From Octopus vulgaris (taxonomy: Eukaryota): a DNA stretch of 64,000 nucleotides. The stretch is from NCBI GenBank assembly GCA_951406725.2, contig OX597815.1, forward strand, positions 215,538,708 through 215,602,707, given 5' to 3'. Made by a program: the position numbers and the translations under genes. Below the pieces are notes generated by a model. The model was not told the origin of the DNA. It worked only from the letters and a program-made list of their open reading frames with translations, and ran no database searches. Position 1 is the first letter of the stretch, and the number at the start of each line of letters is the position of its first letter. Shown piece by piece: positions 30,001 through 45,317 of the stretch.

Positions 30001-33000
30001 GTATTTACCTTGTTCTGATGTACCTACGGGAGCACCGGACTCTGCACAAGCTACAGACTTACTAGGTATTTACCTTGTTCTGATGTACCTACGGGAGCAC
30101 CGGACTCTGCACAAGCTACAGACTTACTAGGTATTTACCTTGTTCTGATGTACCTACGGGAGCACCGGACTCTGCACAAGCTACAGACTTACTAGGTATT
30201 TACCTTGTTCTGATGTACCTACGGGAGCACCGGACTCTGCACAAGCTACAGACTTACTAGGTATTTACCTTGTTCTGATGTACCTACGGGAGCACCGGAC
30301 TCTGCACAAGCTACAGACTTACTAGGTATTTACCTTGTTCTGATGTACCTACGGGAGCACCGGACTCTGCACAAGCTACAGACTTACTAGGTATTTACCT
30401 TGTTCTGATGTACCTACGGGAGCACCGGACTCTGCACAAGCTACAGACTTACTAGGTATTTACCTTGTTCTGATGTACCTACGGGAGCACCGGACTCTGC
30501 ACAAGCTACAGACTTACTAGGTATTTACCTTGTTCTGATGTACCTACGGGAGCACCGGACTCTGCACAAGCTACAGACTTACTAGGTATTTACCTTGTTC
30601 TGATGTACCTACGGGAGCACCGGACTCTGCACAAGCTACAGACTTACTAGGTATTTACCTTGTTCTGATGTACCTACGGGAGCACCGGACTCTGCACAAG
30701 CTACAGACTTACTAGGTATTTACCTTGTTCTGATGTACCTACGGGAGCACCGGACTCTGCACAAGCTACAGACTTACTAGGTATTTACCTTGTTCTGATG
30801 TACCTACGGGAGCACCGGACTCTGCACAAGCTACAGACTTACTAGGTATTTACCTTGTTCTGATGTACCTACGGGAGCACCGGACTCTGCACAAGCTACA
30901 GACTTACTAGGTATTTACCTTGTTCTGATGTACCTACGGGAGCACCGGATTCTGCACAAGCTACAGACTTACTAGGTATTTACCTTGTTCTGATGTACCT
31001 ACGGGAGCACCGGACTCTGCACAAGCTACAGACTTACTAGGTATTTACCTTGTTCTGATGTACCTACGGGAGCACCGGACTCTGCACAAGCTACAGACTT
31101 ACTAGGTATTTACCTTGTTCTGATGTACCTACGGGAGCACCGGACTCTGCACAAGCTACAGACTTACTAGGTATTTACCTTGTTCTGATGTACCTACGGG
31201 AGCACCGGACTCTGCACAAGCTACAGACTTACTAGGTATTTACCTTGTTCTGATGTACCTACGGGAGCACCGGACTCTGCACAAGCTACAGACTTACTAG
31301 GTATTTACCTTGTTCTGATGTACCTACGGGAGCACCGGATCTGCACAAGCTACAGACTTACTAGGTATTTACCTTGTTCTGATGTACCTACGGGAGCACC
31401 GGATTCTGCACAAGCTACAGACTTACTAGGTATTTACCTTGTTCTGATGTACCTACGGGAGCACCGGATTCTGCACAAGCTACAGACTTACTAGGTATTT
31501 ACCTTGTTCTGATGTACCTACGGGAGCACCGGACTCTGCACAAGCTACAGACTTACTAGGTATTTACCTTGTTCTGATGTACCTACGGGAGCACCGGACT
31601 CTGCACAAGCTACAGACTTACTAGGTATTTACCTTGTTCTGATGTACCTACGGGAGCACCGGACTCTGCACAAGCTACAGACTTACTAGGTATTTACCTT
31701 GTTCTGATGTACCTACGGGAGCACCGGACTCTGCACAAGCTACAGACTTACTAGGTATTTACCTTGTTCTGATGTACCTACGGGAGCACCGGACTCTGCA
31801 CAAGCTACAGACTTACTAGGTATTTACCTTGTTCTGATGTACCTACGGGAGCACCGGACTCTGCACAAGCTACAGACTTACTAGGTATTTACCTTGTTCT
31901 GATGTACCTACGGGAGCACCGGACTGTGCACAAGCTACAGACTTACTAGGTATTTACCTTGTTCTGATGTACCTACGGGAGCACCGGATTCTGCACAAGC
32001 TACAGACTTACTAGGTATTTACCTTGTTCTGATGTACCTACGGGAGCACCGGATTCTGCACAAGCTACAGACTTACTAGTTATTTACCTTGCTCTGATGT
32101 ACCTACAGGAGCACCGGACTCTGCACAAGCTACAGACTTACTAGGTATTTACCTTGTTCTGATGTACCTACGGGAGCACCGGACTCTGCACAAGCTACAG
32201 ACTTACTAGGTATTTACCTTGTTCTGATGTACCTACGGGAGCACCGGACTCTGCACAAGCTACAGACTTACTAGGTATTTACCTTGTTCTGATGTACCTA
32301 CGGGAGCACCGGATTCTGCACAAGCTACAGACTTACTAGGTATTTACCTTGTTCTGATGTACCTACGGGAGCACCGGATTCTGCACAAGCTACAGACTTA
32401 CTAGGTATTTACCTTGTTCTGATGTACCTACGGGAGCACCGGATTCTGCACAAGCTACAGACTTACTAGGTATTTACCTTGTTCTGATGTACCTACGGGA
32501 GCACCGGACTCTGCACAAGCTACAGACTTACTAGGTATTTACCTTGTTCTGATGTACCTACGGGAGCACCGGACTCTGCACAAGCTACAGACTTACTAGG
32601 TATTTACCTTGTTCTGATGTACCTACGGGAGCACCGGACTCTGCACAAGCTACAGACTTACTAGGTATTTACCTTGTTCTGATGTACCTACGGGAGCACC
32701 GGACTCTGCACAAGCTACAGACTTACTAGGTATTTACCTTGTTCTGATGTACCTACGGGAGCACCGGACTCTGCACAAGCTACAGACTTACTAGGTATTT
32801 ACCTTGTTCTGATGTACCTACGGGAGCACCGGACTCTGCACAAGCTACAGACTTACTAGGTATTTACCTTGTTCTGATGTACCTACGGGAGCACCGGACT
32901 CTGCACAAGCTACAGACTTACTAGGTATTTACCTTGTTCTGATGTACCTACGGGAGCACCGGATTCTGCACAAGCTACAGACTTACTAGGTATTTACCTT

Positions 33001-36000
33001 GTTCTGATGTACCTACGGGAGCACCGGACTCTGCACAAGCTACAGACTTACTAGGTATTTACCTTGTTCTGATGTACCTACGGGAGCACCGGACTCTGCA
33101 CAAGCTACAGACTTACTAGGTATTTACCTTGTTCTGATGTACCTACGGGAGCACCGGACTCTGCACAAGCTACAGACTTACTAGGTATTTACCTTGTTCT
33201 GATGTACCTACGGGAGCACCGGACTCTGCACAAGCTACAGACTTACTAGGTATTTACCTTGTTCTGATGTACCTACGGGAGCACCGGACTCTGCACAAGC
33301 TACAGACTTACTAGGTATTTACCTTGTTCTGATGTACCTACGGGAGCACCGGACTCTGCACAAGCTACAGACTTACTAGGTATTTACCTTGTTCTGATGT
33401 ACCTACGGGAGCACCGGACTCTGCACAAGCTACAGACTTACTAGGTATTTACCTTGTTCTGATGTACCTACGGGAGCACCGGACTCTGCACAAGCTACAG
33501 ACTTACTAGGTATTTACCTTGTTCTGATGTACCTACGGGAGCACCGGACTCTGCACAAGCTACAGACTTACTAGGTATTTACCTTGTTCTGATGTACCTA
33601 CGGGAGCACCGGACTCTGCACAAGCTACAGACTTACTAGGTATTTACCTTGTTCTGATGTACCTACGGGAGCACCGGACTCTGCACAAGCTACAGACTTA
33701 CTAGGTATTTACCTTGTTCTGATGTACCTACGGGAGCACCGGACTCTGCACAAGCTACAGACTTACTAGGTATTTACCTTGTTCTGATGTACCTACGGGA
33801 GCACCGGACTCTGCACAAGCTACAGACTTACTAGGTATTTACCTTGTTCTGATGTACCTACGGGAGCACCGGACTCTGCTCAAGGTACAGACTTACTAGG
33901 TATTTACCTTGTTCTGATGTACCTACGGGAGCACCGGACTCTGCACAAGCTACAGACTTACTAGGTATTTACCTTGTTCTGATGTACCTACGGGAGCACC
34001 GGACTCTGCACAAGCTACAGACTTACTAGGTATTTACCTTGTTCTGATGTACCTACGGGAGCACCGGATTCTGCACAAGCTACAGACTTACTAGGTATTT
34101 ACCTTGTTCTGATGTACCTACGGGAGCACCGGACTCTGCACAAGCTACAGACTTACTAGGTATTTACCTTGTTCTGATGTACCTACGGGAGCACCGGACT
34201 CTGCACAAGCTACAGACTTACTAGGTATTTACCTTGTTCTGATGTACCTACGGGAGCACCGGACTCTGCACAAGCTACAGACTTACTAGGTATTTACCTT
34301 GTTCTGATGTACCTACGGGAGCACCGGACTCTGCACAAGCTACAGACTTACTAGGTATTTACCTTGTTCTGATGTACCTACGGGAGCACCGGACTCTGCA
34401 CAAGCTACAGACTTACTAGGTATTTACCTTGTTCTGATGTACCTACGGGAGCACCGGACTCTGCACAAGCTACAGACTTACTAGGTATTTACCTTGTTCT
34501 GATGTACCTACGGGAGCACCGGACTCTGCACAAGCTACAGACTTACTAGGTATTTACCTTGTTCTGATGTACCTACGGGAGCACCGGACTCTGCACAAGC
34601 TACAGACTTACTAGGTATTTACCTTGTTCTGATGTACCTACGGGAGCACCGGACTCTGCACAAGCTACAGACTTACTAGGTATTTACCTTGTTCTGATGT
34701 ACCTACGGGAGCACCGGACTCTGCACAAGCTACAGACTTACTAGGTATTTACCTTGTTCTGATGTACCTACGGGAGCACCGGACTCTGCACAAGCTACAG
34801 ACTTACTAGGTATTTACCTTGTTCTGATGTACCTACGGGAGCACCGGACTCTGCACAAGCTACAGACTTACTAGGTATTTACCTTGTTCTGATGTACCTA
34901 CGGGAGCACCGGACTCTGCACAAGCTACAGACTTACTAGGTATTTACCTTGTTCTGATGTACCTACGGGAGCACCGGACTCTGCACAAGCTACAGACTTA
35001 CTAGGTATTTACCTTGTTCTGATGTACCTACGGGAGCACCGGACTCTGCACAAGCTACAGACTTACTAGGTATTTACCTTGTTCTGATGTACCTACGGGA
35101 GCACCGGACTCTGCACAAGCTACAGACTTACTAGGTATTTACCTTGTTCTGATGTACCTACGGGAGCACCGGACTCTGCACAAGCTACAGACTTACTAGG
35201 TATTTACCTTGTTCTGATGTACCTACGGGAGCACCGGACTCTGCACAAGCTACAGACTTACTAGGTATTTACCTTGTTCTGATGTACCTACGGGAGCACC
35301 GGACTCTGCACAAGCTACAGACTTACTAGGTATTTACCTTGTTCTGATGTACCTACGGGAGCACCGGATTCTGCACAAGCTACAGACTTACTAGGTATTT
35401 ACCTTGTTCTGATGTACCTACGGGAGCACCGGATTCTGCACAAGCTACAGACTTACTAGGTATTTACCTTGTTCTGATGTACCTACGGGAGCACCGGACT
35501 CTGCACAAGCTACAGACTTACTAGGTTTTACCTTGTTCTGATGTACCTACGGGAGCACCGGACTCTGCACAAGCTACAGACTTACTAGGTATTTACCTTG
35601 TTCTGATGTACCTACGGGAGCACCGGACTCTGCACAAGCTACAGACTTACTAGGTATTTACCTTGTTCTGATGTACCTACGGGAGCACCGGACTCTGCAC
35701 AAGCTACAGACTTACTAGGTATTTACCTTGTTCTGATGTACCTACGGGAGCACCGGACTCTGCACAAGCTACAGACTTACTAGGTATTTACCTTGTTCTG
35801 ATGTACCTACGGGAGCACCGGACTCTGCACAAGCTACAGACTTACTAGGTATTTACCTTGTTCTGATGTACCTACGGGAGCACCGGATTCTGCACAAGCT
35901 ACAGACTTACTAGGTATTTACCTTGTTCTGATGTACCTACGGGAGCACCGGATTCTGCACAAGCTACAGACTTATTAGGTATTTACCTTGTTCTGATGTA

Positions 36001-39000
36001 CCTACGGGAGCACCGGAATCTGCACAAGCTACAGACTTACTAGGTATTTACCTTGTTCTGATGTACATACGGGAGCACCGGACTCTGCACAAGCTACAGA
36101 CTTACTAGGTATTTACCTTGTTCTGATGTACCTACGGGAGCACCGGACTCTGCACAAGCTACAGACTTACTAGGTATTTACCTTGTTCTGATGTACCTAC
36201 GGGAGCACCGGAATCTGCACAAGCTACAGACTTACTAGGTATTTACCTTGTTCTGATGTACCTACGGGAGCACCGGATTCTGCACAAGCTACAGACTTAC
36301 TAGGTATTTACCTTGTTCTGATGTACCTACGGGAGCACCGGACTCTGCACAAGCTACAGACTTACTAGGTATTTACCTTGTTCTGATGTACCTACGGGAG
36401 CACCGGAATCTGCACAAGCTACAGACTTACTAGGTATTTACCTTGATCTGATGTACCTACGGGAGCACCGGACTCTGCACAAGCTACAGACTTACTAGGT
36501 ATTTACCTTGTTCTGATGTACCTACGGGAGCACCGGACTCTGCACAAGCTACAGACTTACTAGGTATTTACCTTGTTCTGATGTACCTACGGGAGCACCG
36601 GACTCTGCACAAGCTACAGACTTACTAGGTATTTACCTTGTTCTGATGTACCTACGGGAGCACCGGACTCTGCACAAGCTACAGACTTACTAGGTATTTA
36701 CCTTGTTCTGATGTACCTACGGGAGCACCGGACTCTGCACAAGCTACAGACTTACTAGGTATTTACCTTGTTCTGATGTACCTACGGGAGCAGCGGATTC
36801 TGCACAAGCTACAGACTTACTAGGTATTTACCTTGTTCTGATGTACATACGGGAGCACCGGATTCTGCAGAAGCTATAGACTTACTAGGTATTTACCTTG
36901 TTCTGATGGACCTACTGGAGCACCGGATTCTGCACAAGCTAAAGTCTTACGAGGTATTTACTTTGTTCTGATGTACCTACGGGAGCACCGGACTCTGCAC
37001 AAGCTACAGACTTACTAGGTATTTAACTTGTTCTGATGTACCTACGGGAGCAACGGACTCTGCACAAGCTACAGACTTACTAGGTATTTACCTTGTTCTT
37101 ATGTACCTACGGGAGCACCGGATTCTGCACAAGCTGCAGACTTACTAGGTATTTACCTTGTTTTGATGTACCTACGGGAGCACCGGATTCTGCACAAGCT
37201 ACAGACTTACTAGGTATTTACCTTGTTCTGATGTACCTACGGGAGCACCGGACTCTGCACAAGCTACATACTTACTAGCTATTTACCTTGTTCTGATGTA
37301 CATACGGGAGCACCGGACTCTGCACATGATACTGACTGACTAGGTATTTACCTTGCTCTGATGTACCTACGGGAGCACCGGACTCTGCACAAGATACAGA
37401 CTGTCTAGGTATTTACCTTGCTCTGATGTACCTACGGGAACACCGGATTCTGCACAAGCTACAGACTTACTAGGTATTTACCTTGTTCTGATGTACCTAC
37501 GGGAGCAGCGGATTCTGCACAAGCTACAGACTTACTAGGTATTTACCTTGTTCTGATGTACCTACGTGAGCACCGGATTCTGCACAAGCTACAGACTTAC
37601 TAGGTATTTACCTTGTTCTGATGTACCTACGGGTGCACCGGATTCTGCACAAGCTACAGACTTACTAGGTATTTACCTTGTTCTGATGTACCTACGGGAG
37701 CACCGGACTCTGCACAAGCTACATACTTACTAGGTATTTACCTTGTTCTGATGTACCTACGGGAGCACCGGACTCTGCACAAGATACTGACTTACTAGGT
37801 ATTTAACTTGCTCTGATGTACCTACGGGAGCACCGGACTCTGCACAAGCTACAGACTTACTAGGTATTTACCTTGTTCTGATGTACCTACGGGAGCACCG
37901 GATTCTGCACAAGCTACAGACTTACTAGGTATTTACCTTGTTCTGATGTACCTACGGGAGCACCGGATTCTGCACAAGCTACAGACTTACTAGGTATTTA
38001 CCTTGTTCTGATGTACCTACGAGAGCACCGGATTCTGCACAAGCGAAAGACTTACTAGGTATTTACCTTGTTCTGATGTACCTACGGGAGCACAGGACTC
38101 TGCACAAGCTACAGACTTACTAGGTATTTACCTTGTTCTGATGTACCTACGGGAGCACCGGACTCTGCACAAGCTACAGACTTACTAGTTATATACCTTG
38201 TTCTGATGTACCTACGAGCGCACAAGATTCTGCACAAGCTACAGACTTACTAGGTATTTACCTTGTTCTGATGTACCTACGGGAGCACCGGATTCTGCAC
38301 AAGGTACAGACTTACTAGGTATTTACCTTGTTCTGATGTACCTACGGGAGCACCGGACTCTGCACAAGCTACAGACTTACTAGGTATTTACCTTGTTCTG
38401 ATGTACCTACGGGAGCACCGGTCTCTGCACAAGCTACAGACTTACTAAATATTTACCTTGTTCTGATGTACCTACGGGAGCACCGGATTCTGCACAAGCT
38501 ACAGTCTTACTAGGTATTTACCTTGTTCTGATGTACCTACGGGAGCACCGGATTCTGCACAAGCTACAGACTTACTAGGTATTTACCTTGTTCTGATATG
38601 TACCTACGGGAGCACCGGATTCTGCACAAGCTAAAGACTTACGAGGTATTTACTTTGTTCTGATGTACCTACGGGAGAACCGGACTCTGCACAAGCTACA
38701 GACTTACTAGGTATTTACCTTGTTCTGATGTACCTACGGGAGCACCGGACTCTGCACAAGCTACAGACTTACTAGGTATTTACCTTGTTCTGATGTACCT
38801 ACGTGAGCACCGGATTCTGCACAAGCTGCAGACTTACTAGGTATTTACCTTGTTCTGATGTACCTACGGGAGCACCGGATTCTGCACAAGCTACAGACTT
38901 ACTAGGTATTTACCTTGTTCTGATGTACATACGGGAGCACCGGACTCTGCACAAGCTACAGACTGACTAGGTATTTACCTTTTTCTGATGTACCTACGGG

Positions 39001-42000
39001 AGCACCGGACTCTGCACAAGTACAGACTTACTAGGTATTTACCTTGTTCTGATGTAGCTACGGGAGCACCGGACTCTGCACAAGCTACAGACTTACTAGG
39101 TATTTACCTTGTTCTGATGTACCTACGGGAGCACCGGTCTCTGCACAAGCTACAGACTTACTAGGTGTTTACCTTGTTCTGATGTACCTACGGGAGCACC
39201 GGACTCTGCACAAGGTACAGACTTACTAGGTATTTACCTTGTTCTGATGTACATACGGGAGCACCGGACTCTGCACAAGCTACAGACTTACTAGTTATAT
39301 ACCTTGTTCCGATGTGCCTACGAGCGCACCGGATTCTGCACAATTTAAAGATTTACTAGGTATTTACCTTTTTCTGATGTACCTACGGGAGCACCGGACT
39401 CTGCACAAGGTACAGACTTACTAGGTATTTACCTTGTTCTGACGTACCTACGGGAGCACCGGACTCTGCACAAGCTACAGACTTACTAGGTATTTACCTT
39501 GTTCTGATGTACCTACGGGAGCACCGGTCTCTGCAAAAGCTACAGACTTACTAGGTATTTACCTTGTTCTGATGTACATACGGGAGCACCGGATTCTGCA
39601 CAAGCTATAGACTTACTAGGTATTTACCTTGTTCTGATGGACCTACAGGAGCACCGGATTCTGCACAAGCTAAAGTCTTACGAGGTATTTACTTTGTTCT
39701 GATGTACCTACGGGAGCACCGGACCCTGCACAAGCTACAGACTTACTAGGTATTTAACTTGTTCTGATGTACCTACGGGAGCAACGGACTCTGCACAAGC
39801 TACAGACTTACTAGGTATTTACCTTGTTCTGATGTACCTACGTGAGCACCGGATTCTGCACAAGCTGCAGACTTACTAGGTATTTACCTTGTTTTGATGT
39901 ACCTACGGGAGCAACGGATTCTGCAAAAGCTACAGACTTACTAGGTATTTACCTTGTTCTGATGTACCTACGGGAGCACCGGACTCTGCACAAGCTACAT
40001 ACTTACTAGCTATTTACCTTGTTCTGATGTACATCCGGAGCACCGGACTCTGCACAAGCTACAGACTTACTAGGTATTTACCTTGTTCTGATGTACCTAC
40101 GGGAGCACCGGACTCTGCACATGATACTGACTGACTAGGTATTTACCTTGCTCTGATGTACCTACGGGAGCACCGGACTCTGCACAAGATACAGACTGTC
40201 TAGGTATTTATCTTGCTCTGATGTACCTACGGGAACACCGGATTCTGCACAAGCTACAGACTTACTAGGTATTTACCTTGTTCTGATGTACCTACGGGAG
40301 CAGCGGATTCTGCACAAGCTACAGACTTACTAGGTATTTACCTTGTTCTGATGTACCTACGAGAGCACCGGATTCTGCACAAGCGAAAGACTTACTAGGT
40401 ATTTATCTTTTTCTGATGTACCTACGGGTGCACCGGACTCTGCACAAGGTACAGACTTACTAGGTATTTACCTTGTTCTGATGTACATACGGGAGCACCG
40501 GACTCTGCACAAGCTACAGACTTACTAGTTATATACCTTGTTCTGATGTGCCTACGAGCGCACCGGATTCTGCACAATTTAAAGACTTACTAGGTATTTA
40601 CCTTTTTCTGATGTACCTACGGGAGCACCGGACTCTGCACAAGGTACAGACTTACTAGGTATTTACCTTGTTCTGATGTACCTACGGGAGCACCGGACTC
40701 TGCACAAGCTACAGACTTACTAGGTATTTACCTTGTTCTGATGTACCTACGGGAGCACCGGTCTCTGCATAAGCTACAGACTTACTAGGTATTTACCTTG
40801 TTCTGATGTACCTACGGGAGCACCGGTCTCTGCACAAGCTACATACTTACTAAAAATTTACCTTGTTTTGATGTACCTACGGGAGCACCGGATTCTGCAC
40901 AAGCTACAGACTTACTAGGTATTTACCTTGTTCTGATGTACCTTCGGGAGCACCGGACTCTGCACAAGCTACATACTTACTAGCTATTTACCTTGTTCTG
41001 ATGTACATACGGGAGCACCGGACTCTGCACAAGCTACAGACTGACTAGGTATTTACCTTGTTCTGATGTACCTACGGGAGCACCGGACTCTGCACATGAT
41101 ACTGACTGACTAGGTATTTACCTTGCTCTGATGTACCTACGGGAGCACCGGACTCTGCACAAGATACAGACTGACTAGGTATTTACCTTGCTCTGATGTA
41201 CCTACGGGAACACCGGATTCTGCACAAGCTACAGACTTACTAGGTATTTACCTTGTTCTGATGTACCTACGGGAGCAGCGGATTCTGCACAAGCTACAGA
41301 CTTACTAGGTATTTACCATGTTCTGATGTACCTACGAGAGCACCGGATTCTGCACAAGCTAAAGACTTACTAGGTATTTACCTTTTTCTGATGTACCTAC
41401 GGGAGCACCGGACTCTGCACAAGGTACAGACTTACTAGGTATTTACCTTGTTCTGATGTACATACGGGAGCACCGGACTCTGCACAAGCTACAGACTTAC
41501 TAGGTATATACCTTGTTCTGATGTGCCTACGAGCGCACCGGATTCTGCACAATTTAAAGACTTACTAGGTATTTACCTTTTTCTGATGTACCTACGGGAG
41601 CACCGGACTCTGCACAAGGTACAGACTTACTAGGTATTTACCTTGTTCTGATGTACCTACGGGAGCAGCGGATTCTGCACAAGCTACAGACTTACTAGGT
41701 ATTTACCTTGTTCTGATGTACCTACGGGAGCACCGGACTCTGCACAAGCTACAGACTGACTAGGTATTTACCTTTCTCTGATGTACCTACGGGAGCACCG
41801 GACTCTGCACAAGCTACAGACTGACTAGGTATTTACCTTGTTCTGATGTACTGACGGGAGCACCGGACTCTGCACAAGCTACAGACTTACTAGGTATTTA
41901 CCTTGTACTGATGTACCTACGGGAGCACCGGATTCTGCACAAGCTACAGACGTACTAGGTATTTACCTTTTTCTGATGTACCTACGGGAGCACCGGATTC

Positions 42001-45000
42001 TGCACAAGCTACAGACCTACTAGGTATATACCCTGTTCTGTTGTACCTACGGGAGCACCGGATTCTGCACAAGCTACAGACTTACTAGGTATTTACCTTG
42101 TTCTGATGTACATACGGGAGCACCGGATTCTGCACAAGCTATAGACTTACTAGGTATTTACCTTGTTCTGATGGACCTACAGGAGCACCGGATTCTGCAC
42201 AAGCTAAAGTCTTACGAGGTATTTACTTTGTTCTGATGTACCTACGGGAGAACCGGACTCTGCACAAGCTACAGACTTACTAGGTATTTAACTTGTTCTG
42301 ATGTACCTACGGGAGCACCGGACTCTGCACAAGCTACAGACTTACTAGGTATTTACCTTGTTCTGATGTACCTACGGGAGGACGGACTCTGCACACGCTA
42401 CAGACTTACTAGGTATTTACCTTGTTCTGATGTACATACGGGAGCACCGGACTCTGCACAAGATACAGACTGACTAGGTATTTACCTTGCTCTGATGTAC
42501 CTACGGGAGCACCGGAATCTGCACAAGCTACAGACTGATTAGGTATTTACCGTGCTCTGATGTACCTACGGGAGCACCGGACTCTGCACAAGCTACAGAC
42601 TTACTAGGTATTTACCTTGTTCTGATGTACCTACGGGAGCACCGGATTCTGCACAAGCTACAGACTTACTAGGTATTTACCTTTTCCTGATGTTACGACG
42701 GGAGCACCGGACTCTGAACAAGCTACAGACTTACTAGGTATTTACCTTGTTCTGATGTACCTACGGGAGCACCGGACTCTGCACAAGCTACAGACTTACT
42801 AGGTATTTACCTTGTTCTGATGTACATACGGGAGCACCGGACTCTGCACAAGATACAGACTGACTAGGTATTTACCTTGCTCTGATGTACCTACGGGAGC
42901 ACCGGACTCTGCACAAGCTACAGACTGACTAGGTATTTACCTTGCTCTGATGTACCTACGGGAGCACCGGACTCTGCACAAGCTACAGACTGACTAGGTA
43001 TTTACCTTGCTCTGATGTACATACGGGAGCACCGGACTCTGCACAAGCTACAGACTTACTAGGTATTTACCTTGTTCTGATGTACCTACGGGAGCACCGG
43101 ATTCTGCACAAGCTACAGACTTACTAGGTATTTACCTTTTCCTGATGTAACTACGGGAGCACCGGACTCTGAACAAGCTACAGACTTACTAGTTATTTAC
43201 CTTATGCTGGTGTACATACGGGTGCACCGGACTCTGCACAAGCTACAGACTTACTAGTTATTTACCTTGTTCTGATGTACCTACGGGAGCACCGGACTCT
43301 GCACAAGCTACAGACTGACTAGGTATTTATCTTGTTCTGATGTACCTACGGGAGCACCGGATTCTGCACATGCTACAGACTTACTAGGTATTTACCTTGT
43401 GCTGATGTACCTACGGGAGCACCGGATTCTGCACAAGCTACAGACTTACTAGGTATTTACCTTGTTCTGATGTACCTACGGGAACACCGGAGTCTGCACA
43501 AGCTACAGACTGACTAGGTATTTACATTGTTCTGATGTACATACGGGAGCACCGGACTCTGCACAAGCTACAGACTTACTAGGTATTTACCTTGTTCTGG
43601 TGTACCTACGGGAGCACCGGATTCTGCACAAGCTACAGACTTACTAGGTATTTACCTTGTTCTGATGTACCTACGGGAGCACCAGATTCTGCACAAGCTA
43701 CAGACTTACTAGGTATTTACCTTGTTCTTATGTACCTACGGGAGCACCGGACTCTGCACAAGCTACAGACTTACTAGGTATTTACCTTGTTCTGATGTAC
43801 TTACGGGAGCACCGGACTCTGCACAAGCTACAGACTTACTAGGTATTTGCCTTGTTCTGATGTACATATGGGAGCACCGGACTCTGCACAAGATACAGAC
43901 TGACTAGGTATTTACCTTGTTCTAATGTACCTACGGGAGCACCGGACTCTGCACATGATACACACTGACTAGGTTTTTACATTGCTCTGATGTACCTACG
44001 GGAGCACCGGACTCTGCACAAGCAACCGACTGACTAGGTATTTACCTTGCTCTGATGTACATACGGGAGCACCGGACTCTGCACAAGCTACAGACTTACT
44101 AGGTATTTACCTTGTTCTGATGTACATACGGGAGCACCGGATTCTGCACAAGCTTCAGACTTACTAGGTATTTACCTTTTTCTGATGTACTTACGGGAGC
44201 ACCGGACTCTGCACAAGCTACAGACTTAATAGGTATATACCTTGTTCTGATGTACCTATGTGAGCACTGGTCTCTGCACAAGCTACAGACTTACTAGGTA
44301 TTTACCTTGTTCTGATGTACCTATGGGGGCACCGGACTCTGCACAAGCTACAGACTGACTAGGTATTTACATTGTTCTGATGTACCTACGGGAGCACCGG
44401 TCTCTGCACAAGCTACAGACTTACTAGGTATTTTCCTTGTTCTGATGTACCTACGGGAGTACCGGTCTCTGCACAATCTACAGACTTACTAGGTATTTAC
44501 CTTGTTGTGATGTACCTACGGGAGCACCGGATTCTGCACAAGCTAAAGACTTACTAGTTATTTACCCTGTTCTGATGTACCTACGGGAGCAGCGGATTCT
44601 GCACAAGCTACAGACTTACTAGGTATTTACCTTGTTCTGATGTACATACGGGAGCACCGGATTCTGCACAAGCTACAGACTTACTAGGTATTTAACTTGT
44701 TCTAATGTACCTACGGGAGCACCGGATTCTGCACAAGCTAAAGACTTACGAGGTATTTACCTTGTTCTGATGTACCTACGGGTGCAGCGGATTCTGCACA
44801 AGCTACAGACTTACTAGGTATTTACCTTGTTCTGATGTACCTACGGGAGCACCGGATTCTGCACAAGCTAAAGACTTACTAGCTATTTACTTTTTCTGAT
44901 GTACCTATGGGAGCACCGGACTCTGTACAAGGTACAGACTTACTAGGTATTTACCTTGTTCTGATGTACCTACGGGAGCACCGGACTCTGCACAAGCTAC

Positions 45001-45317
45001 AGACTTACAAGTTATATACCTTGTTCTGATGTACCTACGAGAGCACTGGTCTCTGCACAAGCTACAGACTTACTAGGTATTTACCTTGTTCTGATGTACC
45101 TATGGGGGCACCGGACTCTGCACAAGCTACAGACTTACAAGGTATTTACCTTGTTCTGATGTACCTACGGGAGCACCGGTCTCGGCACAAGCTACAGACT
45201 TACTAGGTATTTACCTTGTTCTGATGTACCTACGGGAGCACCGGTCTCTGCACAAGCTACAGACTTACTAGGTATTTACCTTGTTCTGATGTACCTACGG
45301 GAGCACCGGATTCTGCA
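1..45317. repeat. 65-bp tandem satellite array (~700 monomers; runs off the left edge of the window)
   Basis: Head-to-tail unit ACTTACTAGGTATTTACCTTGTTCTGATGTACCTACGGGAGCACCGGA(C/T)TCTGCACAAGCTACAG, period 65. Near-invariant to ~35.9 kb, increasingly substituted from ~36 kb; the last unit breaks off at ...GGATTCTGCA (45317). Confidence 0.99.

Noticed and set aside
12264-44281. Short ORFs within the 65-bp array
   Set aside because: They are frame-cycling translations of the monomer opened by indels or variants; no coding features.
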